64,000 nt of DNA, from NCBI RefSeq assembly GCF_006345805.1, contig NC_043005.1:8990001-9054000 (forward strand). The letters run 5' to 3'. The notes below the pieces were generated by a model. It saw only the letters and a list, made by a program, of their open reading frames with translations, was not told where the DNA came from and ran no database searches. The stretch is from Octopus sinensis (lineage: Eukaryota). Made by a program: the position numbers and the translations under genes. Of this stretch, positions 52,141-62,999 are shown in pieces; the first letter of the stretch is position 1, and every line of letters begins with the position of its first letter.

Positions 52141-52871
52141 ATATATATAGACATACATATATAACTATTGACATATGTGTATTTACAAATGTTTAAATAG
52201 GCATGAAACTAGCAGACTATATACATATAGATACATATAGATATTCTCTGCCAAAGATAAGGAATGTGTTGCTCTTCATTGCAGGAAAAATATCCATTCA
52301 ATTGGCAAATAGCTGGATTATATACATCCCGACAGAACTTACTGCTTTTTCATTTGTATTTTTTAAAAGTAGTGACTGCATTATGAGAAATATTATCTGG
52401 AAGAAGTAAAATGGCGTCCAGATTAGCTCTATAATGAAGCTTTAGATGCTTTAGCTAAGTTTACAATACGTTCGGAAATGGCGCACCTATATTCCGGTTG
52501 GTATTCATATATGGCTATTAGATTGGGCGTGATTTGAATCATTATTTCCATTTATGGCAATGTCTGCAGACATTAAGCACTCAACTCCAATTTTAATGTG
52601 TAGATTGTTATTAAAATATATACATATTTAGACTATTAGATTCTGCGCACAACCGTTTTTAATGCATGGCATAAAAAAACAAGCCAAGGAATCAAACTTG
52701 ATTCTTCTCTTCCTCCGTTATTCTATAAGAATCCTTCTCTCTCTCTTTTTCTCTCTTTCTTTCTGTCTCTGTCTCTTTCTCTCTTTCTCTCTCTCACGTG
52801 CTCTCTCTCTCTCTCTCTATCTACTACCTATTTAACTCATCTACCCATCTGCATGATTGTCTCATATTTAC

Positions 52872-52917
<46 letters not shown>

Positions 52918-53026
52918 CACATTTGTACATGCTAATATATATCTTCGGCCTATATAGCGTGCATATATGTGTGTGTATATACGTAGGCATTATGTACGTA
53001 TGTATGTAAGTATGTATGTATTTATG

Positions 53027-53210
53027 TATGTTGAGAATTTACAAAAAAAAAACCAAAACAAAAGATGAAGATAGGTGGTGTAGACAAGAAACAAATGTAT
53101 TAGTATAACGCTCGGGAAGAGAAAAAGTCTTTAACGTTTCGAGCCAACGATCTTCAACAGAAAGGAACACAGAAAGAAACAAGGAGAAAAAATAATGTGT
53201 AGTGGCTCAT
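53027..53210 (-). mobile_element. Penelope-like terminal fragment with degenerate hammerhead (53129-53164)
   Basis: Minus strand CTTT-CTGTTGA-A-GATCGTTGGCTC-GAAA-CGT-T-AAAG; core A6 and stem II mutated. Confidence 0.55.
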
Positions 53211-53747
53211 ATAAATATTAATTTATATATGTGTTTGTGTATGTGTGTATGTGTGTGCGTGTGTGTGTGTGCGTTATGCTTGTGTGTATACAGCATTTTA
53301 ACTCCAGCACACGAAAGACTTATGATCCAGCAACAATATGGAAGTAGGGAAGCCTGAATGTCAATAACGAAACAATACGACGAAGCAAAATAAACTGCAA
53401 CATGGACGACGACAACAACAACAACAATAACGGCAGCAGTAAACTAACTTCTCAAACGCCAAATCTTCACTACTATCGGCTTCTGGTAGATTAATCTAAT
53501 CGGCTAACATATAACTTGATAACTTTCGAGTTACGTAGCTCGCAGCAAATTACCTAATGCACAAATAAGGAACTTCAGCGAACGGGCTCACATTAATAAA
53601 TAGACATTCCGAACATGCGCGCGTTGTTTCGCATAAGCATCTAACCAATGAAAATAGGCATGTGATTGTAAGTTTAGATGAATCGCAAACAATGTTAGAA
53701 AAGATACAATTAATTATAGTTATGTCTACGATGGCGGTAATCTTACA

Positions 53748-53768
53748 ATGTCAAAATACGAATGCTTT

Positions 53769-53803
<35 letters not shown>

Positions 53804-53815
53804 GCATTCGTATTT

Positions 53816-53820
<5 letters not shown>
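53748..53820. repeat. 20-bp inverted repeat around (TA)n
   Basis: ATGTCAAAATACGAATGCTTT..(TA)n..AAAGCATTCGTATTTGACAT. Confidence 0.9.
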
Positions 53821-53855
<35 letters not shown>

Positions 53856-53952
53856 GGAGTAAACACATAAATGTGAAACAAGGTGGAAAAAAGAGCACTC
53901 AAATTCCAGTGGTAGAGTAATATGCTTTATTTAAAGCAGCAGAAAATTCAAC

Positions 53953-53999
53953 AAAACCTGTTACTCTGAGTTTCCCGTTGCCGTTCATCGGACAGTTTT
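53953..53999 (-). ncRNA. Hammerhead-like motif with CCGATGA core, inside a repeat at ~53853-54005
   Basis: AAAACTGT-CCGATGA-ACGGCAACGG-GAAA-CTCAGAG-TA-ACAGGTTTT; U4>C variant and imperfect stem II. Confidence 0.55.
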
Positions 54000-55323
54000 T
54001 GCTAGAATATATATATATATAATATATATATATAATATATATATATATATATAATATATATATATAATTTGAGAAAACCAACAAAACATACGAAAGTAAA
54101 CGAAATATAAACAAAGACAGGTGAATAATCGCTTATAACGGCGCTAATAAATGACTGGTACCTTAATCTTTGTAAGTCGTGAAAGGATGAAAGTCAAAGC
54201 TGAACCCGTGGTGAGTTGAACTTGTAACGTTAAGAGCAACAAATTATTCGCCATTTTTATAATTATATTTTCCCCTGACAATTGATAGTTCATTCATATA
54301 AGTTGACAATTACCTACCAAATGTCAGAAAATCAATAAAGAAGAGAATAACGAACGAAACAAGGTAAAAATAAAAAGAAAGAAGATGCGTGCGCCTAAGG
54401 TGATCATTGCTTATCGGTAGGTAATTAACGTTGACAACAGTAAGATATACAGTGTCTAAGTGGGGAAGATAGCGATACAGAAGTGCAGAGAAGCACAACT
54501 AATCCAGCTTATAGTACATCTTCAATGCGCCTGTAGCTACGTATGTGGCGTTGTTTCTTTATCACAAGTGTGTGATACAACTCATGCTGTAATGATATGT
54601 CCACGGTTCGTGGTTTGAAGAAGTTTCAGCTATCTTTGAGCTATCAGAAAGCAATGAGGATCGTGACTGGAGGCAGTCACATTGTGGTTGCTGAAATATA
54701 TTTAAATTACTCTAGAAGTCACAAATCTAAAAATTGACGGAAGTAATGTGAGTACTTTGGCGTCTGGGTTGGCAGGATCATTGACTCAAAACATTTGGTG
54801 TATTCATCACTGAAAATACCAAATTAGGACGACGTTCTGTGTTTAGCGATGCACCGGGGATTTGAGCAAAACCCCGTACTTTCAAAGCATGAATCTTTTG
54901 GAGAAATTTCCTCTCAGACAAAACGTTGCAGTTAAATCCAGTTCACGTTTATATACACGTTGATATTTTAATCGACAGATGTTTAAATGCATGTGCTGAT
55001 TTACTTCTACCTTGGCTAGCTTTCGCATAAATACATATTTTGTTTACCATTCAATATCGAAGCAAGCATTGTCTATTTGGTTCAGAATGTACTGGTAATT
55101 CTTGATTGAGGTCATTAAATAATGTCAAAACACAGTGTCTGGCAAGGTATCGGCGAATTGAGCAAAGTCTTGTGATTTTAACGTACAATCTGTTCAAGAA
55201 AGTCTCTGAGACAAAATGTTATTGCTAGTGCTGTTCCACGTTTATAAAATCATTTTAACTGTTCTACACACCTGCAAACGTGATTGATATACTTGGGTGT
55301 GTTTCACAACGAATATACTCATA

Positions 55324-55490
55324 GGCGGAGGTGTGCGTGTTTGTGGTAAGAAGTTTGTTCCCCACCAAATCATTACCGGTTAATTTCCACTGCGTAACAC
55401 TTTCTGCCAGTATGTTCACCTCTATCCTTTGACCATCCAAAGCCTTGTGAGTGAAGTTGGTGGACAGAAACTGAAAGAAGCCCGTTTTAT
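55324..55490 (+). mobile_element. SINE family A 5' part, degenerate
   Basis: GTGGTAAGAAGTTTG..AGCCTTGTGAGTG..GAAACTGAAAGAAGCCCG. Confidence 0.7.
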
Positions 55491-55494
55491 ATAT

Positions 55495-55904
55495 TTACTC
55501 TTTTACTCTTTTATTTGTTTCAGTATTTTGACTGTGACCATGCTGGATCACCGCCTTTAGTCGAACATATTGATCACACGACTTATTCCTTGAACGCTTA
55601 GTACTTATTCTATTGGTCTATTTTACCGAACCGTTAAGTTACGGGGACGTAAACACACCAGCATTGTCAAGCGATGGTGGGGGACAAGCACAGACACACA
55701 AACACACACACACCACACACATGCATATATGTACATATATACGTCGGGCTTCTTTCGGTTTCCGTCTACCAAATCCACTCACAAGGCTTTGGTCGGCCCG
55801 AGGCTATAGTAGAAAACACTTGCCCAAGGTGCCACGCAGTGGGACTGAACCCGTAACCATGATGTTCGTAAGCAAGATCCTTACCACACAGCCACACCTA
55901 CACC
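55495..55904 (-). mobile_element. SINE family A
   Basis: Full homology from tail to head. Confidence 0.9.
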
Positions 55905-56308
55905 TAAATTAATTAACAGTTTGTTAATATACATAGATATTCCCTTATATTCTTTTATTTAATTCACGAAAAAGTCGATTATAAAAGTCAATCATAATTA
56001 TCATATGAAACAGTAAGATAATTATATTCGTATTTAGTTATTGATTCATAGTTTATTTTATATAACATTATATATTTAAGTGTGTATGAGACAGAACACA
56101 TGTATACGCACGGGCTTACGTTACTCACAATTAAGATTAATACGTAGATATATTAAGTGTATTACGTCATCAAAATTTGTGCTATCGATAGATTTATATT
56201 TGCATCTAAAATAAGATGTATTATATTATCTGATTAATTAATAAATATCACAACTCAATATTATTATGAAATTGATATTTAAGTATTATATTATGTAATA
56301 TATATGTA

Positions 56309-56674
56309 CTAGCAAGTATCGCCCGGCGTTGCTAAGGTTTGTAAGGGAATAAACTATAAAGCATTTTTAGAGAGTTATAGCCAAAAAATAGCAAAAAAAA
56401 TTATGGTAAATTTTTTTTGAGTTAAAAAGGTTGAGTTGCGTCCTAGACAGTCGTGGTTTGTTCTGATTCTCGACCCCATGTCGATTTTATCGATTTTTTT
56501 CAGAACTGGGGGAACTTTTCAAAATTTTCGCTGGTAGTTTTGATTATGACATTGGGCTATGTGTTGTTGTCACGTTTCATCAGAATCGGTTGTGAAAGCC
56601 GTGGTCAGGGTGAGGGTACAAGCCAACAGACCACAGAAACACGCACAGACAAACTGCCGTTATATATAGAGAGA
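56309..56674 (-). mobile_element. Non-autonomous Helitron H3
   Basis: A|TCTCTCTATATATAA start; 3' ~100 bp shared with the H1 short variant, ending in CTAG; different interior. Confidence 0.8.
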
Positions 56675-56729
56675 TATTATTTATATTTAAATTAATTGCG
56701 TGTATGTATTTGTGTGTGTGTGTGAGTGT

Positions 56730-57190
56730 TTTGGAGTCTGTGTTTGCCACCCACCCCCGCTCGACAACCGTTGTTGGTATGTTTACATACCTGTAAGCTC
56801 GAAGTTTGGACAAAAGAAATCGACAGAATAAGCACCAAGCTTTTAAAAATAAGCACTGGGATCAATCCATTCGACTAAAATTCATCGATGTGGTACCCGA
56901 GCATGGCCGCAGTCTAATGACAGAAATAAGTATATGATAAAAGATAAGAGATAAAAGATGAGGATCATATATATTTTTTACTGGATCCTACTATTAACGA
57001 CTGCGTTGTAAGAAGTTTGCTTTCGACTACATCGTTGCAGGTTCTGTCCCACTGTGTGATAACATTAGCGGTTCGGCAAATAGTCAGACAGAATAGTCAG
57101 ACATAATAAGGCTTTACAGAAAAAGTGCCTGGCGATGATTTGTTCCAGCATGGCCGCAGTCTAATGACTGACACTAGTAAACGATAAAAT
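56730..57190 (+). mobile_element. Degenerate family A-related SINE pieces (two partial copies)
   Basis: GTCTGTGTTTGCC.., GCATGGCCGCAGTCTAATGAC occurs twice. Confidence 0.6.
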
Positions 57191-57334
57191 ATGTGTGTAT
57201 GTGTGTATGCAGCAGTGTTTGGAAATTTCCAGAATAAAAAAATATCATGAAACGCCATTCACACCAACATATCAAAACTGCGCATCAGGGTGATCACGTG
57301 TTTCTGTGTGTGAGTGAGAAGAGAGAGAGATAGA

Positions 57335-57369
<35 letters not shown>

Positions 57370-57563
57370 AGGTAAAGAGTGAAAGAGATTCACCTGCTAT
57401 TTCTACCAAGGTCAACGTCATTGTAGCGGCTCGATTATTGTGCGTAGCACTCACTAAGTTGTTTTTCTATGCGGTTGAGTTTGTATGCGCGTATATTCAT
57501 TTCTTATATTAAATACTGTGCCGATGCTTTCACATACATGTTTGTATATGTGTATACACGGGC

Positions 57564-57651
<88 letters not shown>

Positions 57652-57657
57652 TATATA

Positions 57658-57689
<32 letters not shown>

Positions 57690-57693
57690 TATA

Positions 57694-58100
57694 GGCGCAG
57701 GAGTGGCTGTGTGGTAAGTAGCTTGCTATCCAACCACATGGTTCCGGGTTCAGTCCCACTGCGTGGTATCTAGGGCAAGTGTCTTCTGCTATAGTCCCGG
57801 GCCGACCAATGCCTTGTGAGTGGATTTGGTAGAGGGAAACTGAAAGAAGCCTGTCGTATATATGTATATATATATATGTGTGTGTGTGTGTTTGTGTGTC
57901 TGTGTTTGTCCCCCTAGCATTACTTGACAAACCGATGCTGGTGTGCTTACGTCCCCGTCACCTAGCGGTTCGGCAAAAGAGACCGATAGAATAAGTACTG
58001 GGCTTGCAAAGAATAAGTCCCGGGGTCGATTTGCTCGACTAAAGGCGGTACTCCAGCATGGCCGCAGTCAAATGACTGAAATAAGTAAAGAGTAAAGAGT
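57694..58100 (+). mobile_element. SINE family A, young full-length copy
   Basis: GGCGCAGGAGTGGCTGTGTGGTAAGTAGC through to GTAAAGAGTAAAGAG. Confidence 0.93.
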
Positions 58101-58119
58101 ATATATATATATATATATA

Positions 58120-58333
58120 GTTAATCCAAACATGAAAATACAAAGACAATACACAACAACGCGAGGACGTGGAACAAGTATAGTGTTATTGGACGCTCAG
58201 GAAAGGAAGGAAAAAAGGAGGATTTAACGTTTCGAACGGAGCTCTTCGTCAGAAACATAGGGCACGGAAAAATCCAAGGAAGGGAAGACGGAGGTTAAAA
58301 ATCGCCAACGGTACACACGTGGTCACATTTTGA
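58120..58333 (-). mobile_element. Penelope-like terminal fragment between (TA)n tracts
   Basis: Carries a hammerhead; related to 53027-53210. Confidence 0.6.
58222..58256 (-). ncRNA. Minimal type I hammerhead with palindromic ACGT stem III
   Basis: GTTT-CTGACGA-A-GAGCTCCGTTC-GAAA-CGT-T-AAAT. Confidence 0.65.
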
Positions 58334-58348
58334 TATATATATATATAA

Positions 58349-58510
58349 GCGCAGGCTTCGCTGTGTGGGAAGGGAAGAACCTTGCTTACCAACCACATGG
58401 TTGCGGATTCAGTGGCACCTTGGGCAAATGTCTTGTAATATAGGCTCGGGGCGACCAAAACCTTCTAAGTAGATTTGGTAGACGGAGACTGAAAGAAGCC
58501 CGTCTTATAC
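58349..58510 (+). mobile_element. SINE family A 5' half, degenerate
   Basis: GCGCAGGC..GCTGTGTGG..ACCAACCACATGG..GAAAGAAGCCCGTC. Confidence 0.75.
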
Positions 58511-58544
58511 ATATGTTTGTGTGTCTATATGTATAGTATATATA

Positions 58545-58775
58545 TATTTCTTTACTACCCACAAGGGGCTAAACACAGAGAGGACAAACAAGGATAGACA
58601 AAGGGATTAAGTCGATTACATCGACCCCAGTGCGCAACTGGTACTTAATTTATCGACCCCGAAAGGATGACAGGCAAAGTCGACCTCGGCGGAATTTGAA
58701 CTCAGAACGTAACGACAGACGAAAAACCGCCACGCATTTCAACCGTCGTGCTAACGTATCTGCCAGCTCGCCGCC
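58545..58775 (-). mobile_element. SINE family B, full-length
   Basis: TATTTCTTTACTACCC through to CCAGCTCGCCGCC. Confidence 0.92.
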
Positions 58776-59571
58776 TTAATGTATAATATATATATACGCA
58801 CACATATATGCACATGAACGCACGTGTAAGTACACATGCGTGAGTGTTTATGGATATATTATGTTTTTGAGTGAATGTGTGAATAGATTAACGCGCTTCT
58901 GTGTCTGTGACTGGTTGAGTCCAAACATTGTATTGTGTTTATATGAACGTGTGCTTGTCTTTGCGTATGCGTGGCACATTTCTTTATATATCTCTCTCTC
59001 TTTCTCTCTCTCTTTCTCTTCCTCTCTCTCTCTCTCTCCCTCTATCCCTCTCTCTGCTATCGTGTATGTATATATGATCGTTTTGCATGTATATTGCGTG
59101 CACCTGTGTGTGATTGCGTGTGTTCAGGTGTGAATGCCTGCTTGTATGTGCGTGCGTGTCTGTGTCTGTATGTGTGTGTGTGTGCGCGCACGCTAGTGTG
59201 TATGTATGTATGTGTGTGTTTACTCGACAGTCAATAATATTGTTGTCTGCAGTATAAACCAATGAATTAATCGTTGTCATGGAATTTCAAGAGACATTAA
59301 AATTCTTCTTTCATTTTTCCGTTTTCCAATTTCTTTACTTTACACTCGACACATTTTCTCTCTGGTTCGCTTTCTTCATTTAATTATTTATTAGCTTATC
59401 AAATAATATTTATATTCGAATTATTGCAAAAAAAACAATAAAATAATAATAATTTTTAATTATTACATTTCATTTTCAAGTAATGCTTTATATCTATTTT
59501 ATTTATGAATAATTTTCTGTTCGTTTCCTGTTTTCCCTTCGCAATTCCTTTCAAAGTCAATTTAGACTTTA

Positions 59572-60370
59572 GGCGGCGAGCTGGTAGAAGCGTTAGCACG
59601 CCGGGTGAAATGCGTAGCCGTATTTCGTTTGCCGTTACGTTCTGAGTTTAAATTCCGCCAGGGTCGACTTTGCCTTTCATCCTTTCGGGGTCGATAAATT
59701 AAGTACCAGTTACACACGTGTAATAGACTTGATCCGTTTGTTTGTCCTTGTTTGTCCCGTCTATGTTTAACCCTTTGTGAGCAATAAAAAAATATGAAAC
59801 TTTAAGCACTCCGGGCGAAATGCTTATCGGTATTTCGCCCGTCGGCGAGCTGGCAGAAACGTTAGCATGCCGGACAAAATACTTAGCGGTATTTCGTCTG
59901 CGTTACGTTGTGAGTTCAAATTCCGTCGAGGTCGACTTTGCCTTTCATCCTTTCGGGGTCGATAAATTAAGTACCAGTTACGTACTGGGGTCGATGTAAT
60001 CGACTTAATACCTATGTCTGTCCTTGTTGTCCCCTCTGTGTTTAGCCCCTTGTGGGTAATAAAGAAATAGGTATTTCGTCTGCAGTTACGTTCTGAGTTC
60101 AAATTCCGCCGAGGTCGACTTTGCCTTTCATCCTTTGGGGGTCGATTAAATAAGTACCAGTTACGCACTGGGGTCGATGTAATCGACTTAATCCTTGTTT
60201 GTCCCCTCTGTGTTTAGCCCCTTGTGGGTAGTAAAGAAATAGGTATTTCGCCCGTCGCTACGTTCTGAGTTCAAATTCCGTCTAGGTCGACTTTTCCTTT
60301 TATCATTTCGAGGTCGATAAATCATGTACCAGTTGAGTACTGGGGTCGATGTGGCCGACTGGCGATATTA
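59572..60370 (+). mobile_element. Family B SINE cluster: monomer (59572-59795), then an older copy with a nested head-body-body insert (59844-60241)
   Basis: 15-bp TSD GGTATTTCGCCCGTC at 59829-59843 and 60242-60256. Confidence 0.9.
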
Positions 60371-60848
60371 CACACACATACTTTTTATAACATAAGAAGA
60401 ATTATTGCCTCTACCTCACTTCCTGCATACACTTTGACAAAACTATCTTAGATTCTTACTTTATTCGTTGCTTTGTTCTCATCGCTCCCCCTCGCCCCCC
60501 TCTCTCTCTCTTTCTCTCTCTCTGATATATCTGCACTGAGCTCTCCTTACCATAACATTTTTATCACTGCTTCGTTTCTTACCTTTATCTTACTGATTCT
60601 TTCTTCGTCAGTCTTTCGTTGTGGTGTCGTAATCACCTTTCCGTAACTGGTTCTGCTATCACATTTTTTTTCATCTATTTCTCTTTAACTATTCTCTTAA
60701 TTGCTACTTTTTGCTTCTCTGTCGATGAAAACCGACGCAATAAGACACACACACACACAACACACATATATATATACACACTATTATAGACATGCACACA
60801 CTCAAACTCACGCTCATACGTATACACATAATACATACACATATGCAT

Positions 60849-60884
<36 letters not shown>

Positions 60885-60919
60885 GTGTGTGTATGTGTGT
60901 GTGTATATAAATATAGATA

Positions 60920-61443
60920 TGTTTTTTATTAGCCACACAGGGCTGCACACAGATAGAACAATTACAAGGTAGAGCTTTTCTTTTGAAGGTATTAAAAAAA
61001 AAAAAAAAAAAAAAAAGGGAAGGGGAGGTTCGATCAAAAGGGATCGTAAAAGAGAGAAAGAGGACAAAATAAGGGGGGTTAAAAAAAAAAAAACAAAAGG
61101 GGGGGGGGGGAGAGGAAAAAAAAAATGATCAATAGGGATCGTTATCACAGAAATGTCAATATGAAGTGTAAAGGGGAGGACAGGTGAGGTTTACCCGTGA
61201 AAGAAAAGCCTGCGGAAAAGACCACGGTAACCTCGTCAATGAAGTCACATTTTATATTTCTTTTTTTTTTTTTTTTTTTTTGCAAATAAGCAACTCTCTG
61301 TTTTCGATTTCTGGGTTCATAGGACTATGCTCAAGGTGGCTCGTCATTCATACGTGCCATTCTTGCTACATTCACCCATCTTTTTTTAAAACATTCGCTA
61401 GACAAAACTTGCCTCTCTACTCTCACTTTCCTTTTCAAGTGGT
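60920..61443 (-). mobile_element. 3' end of an L1/Tx1-like LINE (ORF2 C-terminus + 3' UTR)
   Basis: [36 protein letters not shown] then a T-rich UTR ending GGCTAATAAAAAA; clade call from resemblance. Confidence 0.6.
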
Positions 61444-61457
61444 ACATAGGTACGTAC

Positions 61458-61516
61458 GTAGATAGATAGATAGATAGATAGATAGGTAGGTAGGTAGGCA
61501 GATAGATAAATGGATG

Positions 61517-61559
<43 letters not shown>

Positions 61560-61571
61560 GGATGGATGGAC

Positions 61572-61648
<77 letters not shown>

Positions 61649-61692
61649 TGTAGGTAGGTAGGTAGGTAGGTAGGCAGATAGACAAATGGATG

Positions 61693-61738
<46 letters not shown>

Positions 61739-61781
61739 AGTAGATAGATAGATAGATAGATAGATAGATGGATGGATGGAC

Positions 61782-61841
<60 letters not shown>

Positions 61842-61853
61842 GGATGGATGGAC

Positions 61854-61918
<65 letters not shown>

Positions 61919-61970
61919 TGTAGGTAGGTAGGTAGGTCGGTAGGTAGGTAGGCAGATAGACAAATGGATG

Positions 61971-62012
<42 letters not shown>

Positions 62013-62058
62013 AGTAGATAGATAGATAGATAGATAGACAGATAGACAGACAGACAGA
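61458..62058. repeat. (GATA)n/(GGTA)n/(GGAT)n compound satellite with recurring blocks
   Basis: GGTAGGCAGATAGA(C/T)AAATGGATG recurs three times. Confidence 0.95.
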
Positions 62059-62444
62059 TTTAGTTGTACATATAGTTGTATAGGTAGAAAGCAGAAACCA
62101 AGGAAACTAATGCTTGTTTGCATCGGCAGAAGATCAAAACATTGTATTGATTAAGTGTGAAGTTGTTAAGTTCGGATATCTTTAGAAGACTCACCGTCGA
62201 TAACTTCTTTCTTTGTGCAGAGAGAGAGAGAACAAATATACCATTGTCTTTAGTTCACGAGATCGTGGAAGTAGTGAACGTTTACTTATAGAGAAAAAAA
62301 GTAAAACAAATTAGTTTATTAGTTTCTGTGAATGTGTAGGAGGGAAATAATGGCCAAATAAAACAAAAAGAAATCAGAAGTACACGAGATGGGAAGTTAA
62401 GGTAGAATAAGAAGGAAAAGCAACAGCGAGATTCCTCTCTTTTT

Positions 62445-62816
62445 CACTCCGTCGGTTACGAAGACGAGGGTTCCGGTTGATCCGAATCAACGGAACAGCC
62501 TGCTCGTGAAATTAACGTGTAAGTGGCTGAGCACTCCACAGACACGTGTACCCTTAACGTAGTTCTCGGGGATATTCAGCGTGACACAGAGAGTGACAAG
62601 GCCGGCCCTTTGAAATACAGATACAACAGAAATAGGAAGTAAGAGAAAGTTGTGGTGAAAGAGTACAGCAGGGGTCACCACCATCCCCTGCCGGAGCCTT
62701 GTGGAGCTTTTAGATGTTTTCGCTCAATAAACACTCACAACGCTCTGTCTGGGAATCGAAACCGCGATCCTATGACCGCGAGTCTGCTGCCCTAACCACT
62801 GGGCCATTGCGCCTCC
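62445..62816 (-). mobile_element. SINE family C, full-length
   Basis: Minus-strand head GGAGGCGCAATGGCCCAGTGGTTAGGGCAGCAGACTCGCGG..GGTTTCGATTCCC (A and B boxes). Confidence 0.9.
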
Positions 62817-62999
62817 AACTGAGATTACCGTAGAGTTTAACGCCCAAGACATTTACGGCATTATGGAGTGGAAGTGAGTGATGATTAACAAATTGCTCCC
62901 ACTCAGCAGCAACACGATAGTTTCGTTTCTTTTAGAGATAGGTTTCACCTTAACATAGAGCTTACTTGTACTATATATGACACCTCTGACAGCTTATTA

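Noticed and set aside
51247-52164. Long Thr/Pro/His/Val-rich ORFs (up to 258 aa) as a mucin or extensin gene
   Set aside because: All frames are open because of CAC repeats; the 115-bp unit is not a multiple of 3; starts are non-ATG; no splice context
61331-62123. 210- and 241-aa YLSI-repeat ORFs
   Set aside because: Translations of (TATC)n; only the last ~36 codons are real LINE sequence
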